Source: Akkermansiaceae bacterium (GTDB lineage: Bacteria; Verrucomicrobiota; Verrucomicrobiia; Verrucomicrobiales; Akkermansiaceae). From it: DNA of 64,000 nucleotides. The stretch lies in the NCBI GenBank assembly GCA_051252195.1, contig JBPOGD010000006.1:144551-208550 (forward strand), in the 5' to 3' direction. A program made the position numbers and the translations under genes. Positions 9,057-17,124 of the stretch are shown here, piece by piece (position 1 is the first letter of the stretch; every line of letters starts with the position of its first letter). Below the pieces are notes generated by a model that worked only from the letters and a program-made list of their open reading frames with translations, was not told the DNA's origin and made no database searches.

Positions 9057-10229
9057 ATGTTTTTCCCTCCTAGTCGCTCAGCCGCTCTCGATCGCTTAGA
9101 GAAATTTCTGCCTCATGCTGCTAAATACGCGGGAACCAGGAATTTTGACCTCGGTTCTGAAAACCACAGCGGCGTCTCGCAGCTCTCGCCTTACATTCGC
9201 ACCCGCCTCATCACTGAGGAGGAAGTCACACGTGCTGTGCTGGAAAAACACAGCGCCAAAGCAGCTGAAAAATACCTTCAAGAAATCGCCTGGCGCACCT
9301 ACTGGAAAGGGTGGATGGAGTCTCGTCCCAGCGTCTGGGATCATTATACATCCAGCCTCGCTGAGCTCTCCCGCCTGACTCATCTGCCAGATTACACCCG
9401 AGCTGTATCAGCTCAGACTGGTATAGAGTGCTTTGACGCATGGGCCACTGAGCTGCGCGATACAGGCTACCTCCATAACCATGCCCGAATGTGGTTCGCC
9501 TCGATCTGGATCTTTACCCTCAGGCTACCATGGCAGCTAGGTGCTGATTTTTTCCTCCATCACCTCCTCGATGCAGATGCAGCCGCTAACACGCTCTCAT
9601 GGCGATGGGTCGCTGGCATTCACACCAAAGGGAAACACTATCTAGCTCGTGCATCAAACATCCAGAAATTCACCCACGGTCGCTTTGATCCCGAGGGATC
9701 GCTCGATGAGCAGGCCATGCCCATCACCGATGAGACAGAATTTGAAAAAGCACCACTTCGCCTACCTCAGAGAATCTCCCCACAAGGGAGAGTAGGTCAC
9801 CTCATGTTCTCCGATGACCTAGCACCTATTCCTGCAGAAAGTATGAAAGTAGCCGCCACCGCAGCCTTTATCCCACCACCATTATTGACATCACCTCTCG
9901 TCACCGAGTTCATTACAGGTGCAGTCTCCGATGCCCTAGAGCGCTCAGAGGGCACGCTCCTCAGTGGATCATTAACCAGTGCTGTTCAAGATTGGATCTT
10001 AGCAGAAAAATTAGACCACATCGTCATTTCCTACCCCACAGTGGGACCCACGAGAGAATTTTTAAAAACCCAGAGACTTTCTATCGAGCCCAATTACTTC
10101 CTCCGTGATTGGGATAGGCAGCTATGGCCACACGCGCATGCAGGATTTTTCAAGCTCAAGAAAGCTCTGCCAAAAATCTTTGCCTCACTCACTTACCCAC
10201 GGGCAGACGACCTTTTTCCTGACTTGTAG
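9057..10229 (+). CDS. photolyase/cryptochrome FAD-binding-domain protein lacking the N-terminal alpha/beta photolyase domain
   Basis: ALDRLEKFLPHAAKYAGTRNFDLGSENHSGVSQLSPYIRTRLITEEEV... and WRTYWKGWM match the start of the photolyase FAD-binding domain. I placed the start at ATG 9057; the upstream extension overlaps the converging gene. Confidence 0.65.
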   Translation: MFFPPSRSAALDRLEKFLPHAAKYAGTRNFDLGSENHSGVSQLSPYIRTRLITEEEVTRAVLEKHSAKAAEKYLQEIAWRTYWKGWMESRPSVWDHYTSSLAELSRLTHLPDYTRAVSAQTGIECFDAWATELRDTGYLHNHARMWFASIWIFTLRLPWQLGADFFLHHLLDADAAANTLSWRWVAGIHTKGKHYLARASNIQKFTHGRFDPEGSLDEQAMPITDETEFEKAPLRLPQRISPQGRVGHLMFSDDLAPIPAESMKVAATAAFIPPPLLTSPLVTEFITGAVSDALERSEGTLLSGSLTSAVQDWILAEKLDHIVISYPTVGPTREFLKTQRLSIEPNYFLRDWDRQLWPHAHAGFFKLKKALPKIFASLTYPRADDLFPDL

Positions 10230-10394
10230 TCAAAAAACCTGCCTGACACTTTGAATCTATAATAAAGCGAGAGAAGAAGGCGTCGCCATCCCAGCATTGT
10301 AGAATGCGAATTTTCAAAGGTATCGGCGTGTTTTTTGTTTGCGAATTCAGTTGCCCGAAGACCGTTTTCACGGAAAACTTTAGCACACACCATC

Positions 10395-10643
10395 ATGATG
10401 TTTTCTGATTTAGCCGATGCCCTCGAAGCCCGAATTGCTGTGATATCCGATCATGAATTCCGTGACAGGGATCCCGAAGCTCACCTCGAAGCCCTTATAA
10501 ATGCGAGCCAAGCGATCACTTCCTGGCACGAAGCGCACCGGAGTGAAATTGATGGGAACCTCGACCACTTTCTCACCGGCGCCAGTTACCAGAAGGCACT
10601 CCTCTATCTTAAGACAGGGACACGGCGGCCGTGCGGGGAGTAA
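10395..10643 (+). CDS. small hypothetical protein (82 aa) whose 3' end is part of the repeat family
   Basis: Its C-terminal 38 codons are conserved, with synonymous changes, in the fragment at 7416-7532. ATG at 10395. Confidence 0.45.
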   Translation: MMFSDLADALEARIAVISDHEFRDRDPEAHLEALINASQAITSWHEAHRSEIDGNLDHFLTGASYQKALLYLKTGTRRPCGE

Positions 10644-11000
10644 GACTCTGCAACTCACTAGGAGTTTTTGACGGAAAGGGCGTTTCACCTCTGTTTTTTA
10701 ATCAATGCCATACGCCTCGTTTTTTTGACCACGAATCGCACGAATTTTCACGAATCTTTGCTTGGCTACTGAGTTCATTTTGAACCACGGAAAGTATGGA
10801 AAGCACGGAAATGTCGAAAAGCTGAACCAAGAAAGCTGAACCATTCAGAACTCTTCGTATTTATCATTCTAAACTCACTCCACTCCACGCATTCACCCTC
10901 TTTATCCCAGAGGGATAACATCACCTAGCACGGGGTTGATACCCCGTGAATAGAAACCTCCCATAAAATAAAGCATGCCGGAGGTATGCCATCGAAAGAG
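10565..11000 (+). repeat. Copy B of composite repeat (includes the 3' end of ORF 10395..10643, CACGAAT x3 direct repeats at 10730-10756, hairpin 10911-10930)
   Basis: About 75-80% identity to copy A over about 430 bp. Hairpin cacgggg-ttgata-ccccgtg replaces the copy-A hairpin at the same relative position. Confidence 0.7.
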
Positions 11001-11088
11001 CCTAAATGTTGGTTTTGCCAATTTCAAGAATCGAGAACTACCTCCTTTCTGCTTACGCGAAATGATGCACATGCCTGCCCCCTTTTAG

Positions 11089-12330
11089 TTACTCCTCGAA
11101 AATACTAATCGCTTGTAGACTTTCGGAATCATACTCGACTTCGCCGCCTTTGAGTTCCTGGTTGAGGATTCCTTCGAATAGAGGTTTTTTCCAATAATCT
11201 GGAGTTTTCACGGTGGAGACTCCCGGTGAGAGGCTAAAGCCCGGCTTATCTTTTGGGCGTGGATCATGATCCTCCGGCCAGACACCAAAGAATGCTTGGC
11301 CTACCTTCCATCTGAAATAGCCACGTCCACCAGGTTCAACCACGGTCATTGCCTCACCCACAAACTGCCACTCAATGCTTAGACCAACGCTTGCTGTTTT
11401 GCTCATGCTCATGATTCTCATGTCGCGTGTTGCCTTGTCCACTGCGGCATGAATGTAGTCGTCCCTGAGTTTCTCTCCAGCTTTCGAAGCGGGAAATAAA
11501 TCACCCGCTGGAATGAGTTCAGGCCTGCTTAGCATCTTTTTCCCCATGGTTTTGGCTAAAATAGCAAACCTCTCTTTCGCAACCTTGGACATACGTTTCT
11601 TTTGAAATGCACCAATGACTGCCTGCCTACCGGTATCACTAAACTGCGCCTTGGCGGGGCTTGGCTTAGCTTTTTTAGATTGCTGAACCTGTTTATGCAG
11701 GATGAGTGCCTCTTTCATGGCCTCTAAAGTCGCTGCAGGTGACTGCAAGGCAGGTAAAATATCCATGACCACACCATCGATATCACAGAAGTAGATGGCG
11801 ATTTCTCCACTGATCGATCCTTTAAAGCTTCTACCCTCGCCTAAATTAAACGTCACCGTCTTCACATCTGCCACACTTTCCCATACGGGCACGAAATCTT
11901 CCTTCAGCATTTTGGTAACCCGACTATCGGAGAACGTCACGGTTCTCGCTAATTTGCCATTGGCTCAGCAAAACTCCTCATCCAGCTTACCAAACAAATG
12001 CAGCATCAGGATCGGTTTCCCCGTCGCTTTTGATTCTTCGATGGCCTCGGCGAGTGAACGTTTCCAGATGACATCCGTCTGTGATCCCCACTGCCCTGTG
12101 ATTCTTCCCAATGCCGTGCGAGCTCTGGCTTTTAATCGAGGATCTTCAGCTCCAGCCCATTTTCTCAGTTTCGGTAGCATGACTTTTCCTTGGCTCACAC
12201 ATGAATCGATGCCCCCGCTAGCGATGCTCTTATCAGCACTCATGAGAGCTTGTTGCACCTTGTCCTCAGCGCAGAAGCTGGGACTCCATGTTCCTGCTAA
12301 TACCAACATCATACAGATTTTATTTTTCAT
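11089..12330 (-). CDS. secreted thioredoxin-fold (DUF255-like) protein interrupted by a single in-frame TGA at 11965-11967; candidate selenoprotein, otherwise a nonsense pseudogene
   Basis: ORFs 11965..12330 and 11089..11940 are in the same frame and only the TGA separates them. Read through, the sequence is ...KPILMLHLFGKLDEEFC-TGA-ANGKLARTVTFSDSRVTKMLKEDFVPVWESV.... That places the stop at the thioredoxin-fold active-site position, between strand beta1 and helix alpha1. A 6-bp hairpin, GAGAAC-CGUGAC-GUUCUC in the RNA, starts 18 nt after the UGA. Confidence 0.5.
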
Positions 12331-12445
12331 ACTTACAAGACTAACATGAATTAAACATATGTATGTAAAGGGTTTGTAAAAAAACTGAAAGTTAGAAAAA
12401 GGAAGATAAATGGCTCATCAAACAGTGGCGACATAAAAGGTCTGT

Positions 12446-12513
12446 CCCTTAGTTCAATCGTCCCTTAGTGCAATCCCTTAGTGCAATCCCTTAGTGCAAT
12501 CCCTTAGTGCATT
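12446..12513. repeat. tandem array of about five 13-bp units (cccttagtgcaat)
   Basis: Direct read: cccttagttcaat cgt cccttagtgcaat x3 cccttagtgcatt. It lies about 120-185 bp upstream of the 12330 start on the minus strand. Confidence 0.85.
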
Positions 12514-12527
12514 CAGGGAGACTGCTT

Positions 12528-12863
12528 TTATTCGGTATATGATTTAGATAGGTTTCTCGTAATGATATACACCTTTCCATCTTCAAATAAAGCGAGGTAT
12601 GGAGTATAGAACCCATACATTCCTATCCTGTTCTTAGCTCGCACATCATAAGTCATTAAATATTGCATGCCTCTACTTCTTTCGCGAAGCTTTGGCCCAG
12701 TCACATTTTTATATTCAGCACTTTTACTATTAACAAGATGATCATCCATCGCGACCTTGATTTGAGCTAAGCCTTCTTTGGGTAATGGCTGTGGTTGCGC
12801 TAATGGATCTACGCATGAAGCTAGTAATATTAAAGGAAGGATGAGTAATGTTTTTAAGTGCAT
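12528..12863 (-). CDS. hypothetical lipoprotein (signal peptide then Cys)
   Basis: MHLKTLLILPLILLASC... is a lipobox-like N-terminus; no family assignment. Confidence 0.45.
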   Translation of the reverse strand: MHLKTLLILPLILLASCVDPLAQPQPLPKEGLAQIKVAMDDHLVNSKSAEYKNVTGPKLRERSRGMQYLMTYDVRAKNRIGMYGFYTPYLALFEDGKVYIITRNLSKSYTE

Positions 12864-12920
12864 TTTAATAAAGGGATGAAGGTTGAGCCTGTTAATGAAT
12901 GGGAATACTATGACTAAAAG

Positions 12921-13020
12921 GGGTCAGGAAGGTGAATTACTCATTAGTGTGGTTACTGGCTTGATATTTTTTGAGTATTTTGCGCTCCTTGGTCAAGGCT
13001 CGGGAGTCGCACTCAGTTTG
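12921..13020 (+). repeat. 100-bp dispersed repeat, copy 1 (second copy at 20961-21062)
   Basis: gggtcagg..ctcattag..ggtt..tgat..ttgagt..cgctcc..caaggctc..agtcgcactcagt is shared with the second copy at about 80% identity. It is non-coding, and indels break the reading frames. Confidence 0.7.
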
Positions 13021-13479
13021 GAATAACTGCTCGGTATCTGAGTCTTTGAAGGAGTGAATCATGGGGAAGGTTGTTGTAAATCAATGCCTGACACCTTTAC
13101 GCAAGGATGATACGGAAACGCTTAGAGAGAGATTGCTGGAGGGGATTATTTCGCAAAATTATAGCTGGTTGAGTTTATCATTCAGTAAACTTGGGTACCA
13201 TTTACACAAGAGCAAATCGAAATAAGATCGTCATCAAATGGTGTCAGGCATGAATGCCCATGATAATAGCAATGCATGTTAAAGATTGCGATATCTTAGC
13301 TGAAATGAAAATGACAGCTATGTTAATCTAGGGAATGTAATTGCTAACTAAGGTTAGCTCAGAGCATTTTCTCGAAAGAGCTAGTGGACGTTGACGGCAC
13401 TCGATTAGCTAAGACAAAAAAACCCACCATTGATTAACAATGGCAGGGACATAAAAATAAACATAATGGGTGATATGGG

Positions 13480-13947
13480 CTATTTCTTCATCATCTCCTC
13501 CTTTTTCATCATTTCATTTTCTTTCATGATGAGCGCTTTCCACTCTCCATCTGCTTTAGCGATGTGTGATGCTGTGTCTTTAGTGAATAGTTTGCCGACT
13601 TTTGCGTTTTTGTTGAGGTAGAGCTTTCCTTCTACTACTGTGAATACTGTAGGGTCGGAAGGGATCTTCTTACCAAAAGACATGCCGTAGGCGCAGTATC
13701 CATCATATTGTGGAAGGAACTTCTTTGGTGCTGCGTTAAATGCTTTTAGTGCGTCTTCACTGACGAATAGGTAAGTTTTACCATTATATTCAGCTTTAAA
13801 TTCTTCCGTTCCTTTGGCTGCTACGTTGCTAGCGATGTAACAAACAGGGCAATAGCCATCGAGTGCTGGAGCTTCCGCTGCAATGGATGTAAAAGTGGAG
13901 AGTAGAGCTGTAGCCGCAACGACGAATAATGATTTAAGGAATTTCAT
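13480..13947 (-). CDS. secreted YHS/TRASH-domain protein (two YHS-like CxxC/Y-rich modules)
   Basis: Signal peptide MKFLKSLFVVAATALLSTFTSIAA. Repeated GYCPVCY..GK..Y.F.S.DA...F and DGYCAYGM..GKK modules. Confidence 0.65.
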   Translation of the reverse strand: MKFLKSLFVVAATALLSTFTSIAAEAPALDGYCPVCYIASNVAAKGTEEFKAEYNGKTYLFVSEDALKAFNAAPKKFLPQYDGYCAYGMSFGKKIPSDPTVFTVVEGKLYLNKNAKVGKLFTKDTASHIAKADGEWKALIMKENEMMKKEEMMKK

Positions 13948-14461
13948 AATAGTTAGTAATGGTTAATAAGAAGCAGTGGCTTCTTGTTCATTAGAGTGAA
14001 GAGTTAGAATTATATTCCTGTAACTCGTAAAAATTAATTGTTTCTATGAATATTAAACAGCCTTGAGGGGCGGGGAGTAACTGTAAATCCGTAGGAATTC
14101 AGCAAACTAAAGATTTGAAATGGACGGCAAGTTTGCATGTTAATTCGGGTCAGGCATACATTGGCATCATATCACCTATCTAAAATCGAATTGATTACGC
14201 AAAATGATGCAAATCAATTCCTGAACTCTTTTGTGACCCCTTTTTGGTCTTTTGGGTGCCCCCTTTTGTAAGTATTGAAATACCTACCCTTTTTTAAAAC
14301 TTATACCAATGAAGTTAAGTTACTGGTAGAAACCGCACAGAGATTTTAGTCTGTATCAAGGCGGACGATTATTGTGATGCCAAAGCATCTCAATAAATTG
14401 ACAACGATCATATCGGCAAAAAGATCAAGTGGGTTTTACCGGTTAATTAAGTGAGTTGGTA

Positions 14462-14839
14462 TTAGACAGCATGTTTCTTCAGGTCCTCTAAATCAACAAA
14501 CTCCAGAGCCATCACCGAGGTAGCTGCTAGGTTGACCTTAGGGGCGCAGCCCTGATCGAAGGCTTCCTTCCAGCGAAGGAGGCAGAGGCACCATGAGTCG
14601 CCAGGCTTAAGACCTGGGAAGGAATACTCAGGCCTGGGTGTGATGAGGTCGTTACCCTGGCTACGACTGAAGTTGAGAAACTCCTCGGTAAGGACGGTGC
14701 AGACACAGTGAAGTCCGTGGTCGCCACCTCCTGTGCGACATGAGCCATCGCGGAAGAACCCAGTGATGGGATCGAGGGAGCAAACAGCAAGGGCTTCACC
14801 GAGGACGTTAAGATTAGGCATGGTCTGATGATAGTGCAT
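14462..14839 (-). CDS. DUF2237-family protein
   Basis: NVLGEALAVCSLDPITGFFRDGSCRTGGGDHGLHCVCTVLTEEFLNFSRSQGNDLITP...FPGLKPGDSWCLC matches the conserved DUF2237 pattern. Confidence 0.65.
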   Translation of the reverse strand: MHYHQTMPNLNVLGEALAVCSLDPITGFFRDGSCRTGGGDHGLHCVCTVLTEEFLNFSRSQGNDLITPRPEYSFPGLKPGDSWCLCLLRWKEAFDQGCAPKVNLAATSVMALEFVDLEDLKKHAV

Positions 14840-15011
14840 GGATGAAAACCTGACAAGCGAGAGCTTGCAGTGTTGCCTTGTTCACGAAGAGTCTTACTGT
14901 GTGGCAAGGACTGTGTGGCACTGTGTGGCGAGAAGTATGATGAAATACGTCTGTCACTTTGCAGTATGCCAGAATCATCTATTATCCTTAGAAACTTTAT
15001 CCTCAGAAGCT

Positions 15012-16298
15012 ATGAGTAACTCTAACCAGACCCCGCTGCCCGTGCTCATTGTAGGAGCTGGATTAAGTGGTCTTACTTGCGCCGTGCGTCTCCATGAGGC
15101 CGGTATTCCTGTGCGCCTCATCGAGGCCAGTGATGGAGTCGGCGGGCGTGTCCGCACCGATCGTATGCAGGGCTTTCTACTAGACCGTGGTTTCCAAGTC
15201 TACCTCAGTGCCTATCCTCAAGCTGGTAAACTACTCGATACAGAAGCTCTCCAGCTCAAGTCCTTTGAACCTGGGGCACTTGTTTTTGATGGGCTGAATC
15301 TGAATCGTGTGATGGATGTCTTCAGAAGGCCGAAATATCTTGTCAGCAGCGCTCTTTCATCGATAGGCGGGCTAGCAGATAAGGTGAGGGTGGCACTGCT
15401 AAGGTTCCAGACCTTGGGCAGTTCAGAAAAAGAAATCAACAGCCGCGAAGACCAATCTACAGAGAGTTTCCTGAGAGGATTCGGTTTCAGTGAAAAAATG
15501 ATCGATGGTTTTTTCAGATGTTTCTACGGAGGCATTTTTCTTGAAACCTCACTGCGCACTTCCAGCCGTATGTTCCAGTTTACCTTCAAGATGTTCACTG
15601 CTGGTAGCGCTACCCTGCCTGCCTATGGAATGGGTAGCATCCCACTGCAGCTTTCAAGTAGACTGCCGCCAGAGACCATCCGATTTAACTCTCCTGTCAC
15701 AGCCGTGACGAGTTCCTCCGTGAACCTTGCCAATGGGAGCATTCTCCAAGGAAGCCATGTAGTCATCGCCACTCATGCGCCACAGACGAGCCTTTTAATT
15801 CCAAGTTTTAACTCACGTGCGCCTCAATGGCGATCCGTGACGAATGTGTATTTCGCTGCACCTAAGTCGCCACTCAATGAGGCGATTATCGCTCTGAATG
15901 GCAGTGGTAAGGGGCTGATTAATAACGTCTGTGTGCCTTCTGACGTCAGCCCTCACTATGCCCCAGCGGGCCAGTCCCTCATCTCTGTTTCCCTGCTAGG
16001 TATACACAAGGACGAGAGTATTCCCGCTCAAGTGAAAACTGAACTCATCGAATGGTTTGGCAGTGATACGGATCGCTGGACGCACCTCAGAACAGACATC
16101 ATTAAACATGCCCTCCCAGAGCAACTTCCCGAGAGTGATTTACAAAACCATCAAGATGCCAACAAGGGATTTCTTGAAATAGACGGCATGATGATTTGTG
16201 GCGATCACACCACCAGCGCATCCATCGAAGGGGCGATCATTTCTGGAAATCAAACAGCGGCCGCACTACTCAAGTCGATGGGGTTAAAAAACACCTAG
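15012..16298 (+). CDS. FAD-dependent amine oxidase/phytoene-desaturase-superfamily oxidoreductase
   Basis: N-terminal dinucleotide-binding motif PVLIVGAGLSGLTCAVRLHEAGIPVRLIEASDGVGGRVRTD. I placed the start at ATG 15012 (MSNSNQTPLPVLIVGAG). Confidence 0.8.
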   Translation: MSNSNQTPLPVLIVGAGLSGLTCAVRLHEAGIPVRLIEASDGVGGRVRTDRMQGFLLDRGFQVYLSAYPQAGKLLDTEALQLKSFEPGALVFDGLNLNRVMDVFRRPKYLVSSALSSIGGLADKVRVALLRFQTLGSSEKEINSREDQSTESFLRGFGFSEKMIDGFFRCFYGGIFLETSLRTSSRMFQFTFKMFTAGSATLPAYGMGSIPLQLSSRLPPETIRFNSPVTAVTSSSVNLANGSILQGSHVVIATHAPQTSLLIPSFNSRAPQWRSVTNVYFAAPKSPLNEAIIALNGSGKGLINNVCVPSDVSPHYAPAGQSLISVSLLGIHKDESIPAQVKTELIEWFGSDTDRWTHLRTDIIKHALPEQLPESDLQNHQDANKGFLEIDGMMICGDHTTSASIEGAIISGNQTAAALLKSMGLKNT

Positions 16299-16588
16299 CC
16301 AGAGAATGCGATAAGGCATTGATCTGTGAGAATACTTATCACAACGAGGTCAAACCACATCAAATGATACAAATCAATTCCTGCCCCCCTTAACCCAATG
16401 TTTTAATGTGAAACCCAGTAAGGAAAGGCGTCGCTCTTTTCATGAAAAAGGCTAAAAAACCCAGTGTTTTTTAACAGGCTCAAATCACTTGATTTGCGGC
16501 TTAACTTAGTGCCATTCATGCCTGACTCCTTTACTTTTTCTTTATGAGCTTTAGAGCCAGCTTTTGTGGTATTTAATAGGTAGATCAA

Positions 16589-16840
16589 TTACTCCGTTGG
16601 AGACTGCTCACCGTGTTTCTGTTGCCGGTGATCACGGTCTCGATTTCTCTGATCCCTGTCATCGTTCGCATTACCTGGTTTACCTTTCTTTGCCAAGTTT
16701 GCATCTCGCTCGTCTAACTCTCTTTGCAATTTATCCTGTGCGTTTTTACCAGGCTGCACTGGACCAGGGACCTTTCCAATGAAGCCGCCACTAACGTTTA
16801 AATCTGGAGACTCATCATTTTTATGTGTTTTATCAGACAT
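16589..16840 (-). CDS. small highly charged hypothetical protein (83 aa)
   Basis: ORF only. It sits between short repeat motifs and is low-complexity K/D/R-rich. Confidence 0.25.
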   Translation of the reverse strand: MSDKTHKNDESPDLNVSGGFIGKVPGPVQPGKNAQDKLQRELDERDANLAKKGKPGNANDDRDQRNRDRDHRQQKHGEQSPTE

Positions 16841-17124
16841 ATGGGTAAGATGTAAAATTCAGATTTTAATGTCAATTTCGAATACGACAAAACATCCACT
16901 AGTCAGGGCGCTTGTTTCAATGCCGCCTCAAGTTCTGTAAACGCAATTTCAGCATACAAATCAATTCCTGACGAAGCCACGTGGCGTTTTTGAGCAGATG
17001 GTTCATAAATCAAATTACAGAAAAATGGCTTAAAGACGTGCCATTCATTCCTGCCCCCTTTTACATTCAGGATCTCCCCCTTTTTGCCTTTTTGATTTTT
17101 TTGCGTTAAACTTCGATTGATTGT

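Noticed and set aside
12446-12513. Possible CRISPR array
   Set aside because: The 13-bp units are directly adjacent with no spacers, so this is a simple tandem repeat.
13059-13220. 53-aa plus-strand ORF immediately after repeat copy 1 (MGKVVVNQCLTPLRKDDTETLRERLLEGI...)
   Set aside because: Too short, no recognisable family, and it does not recur after repeat copy 2, so it was not called.
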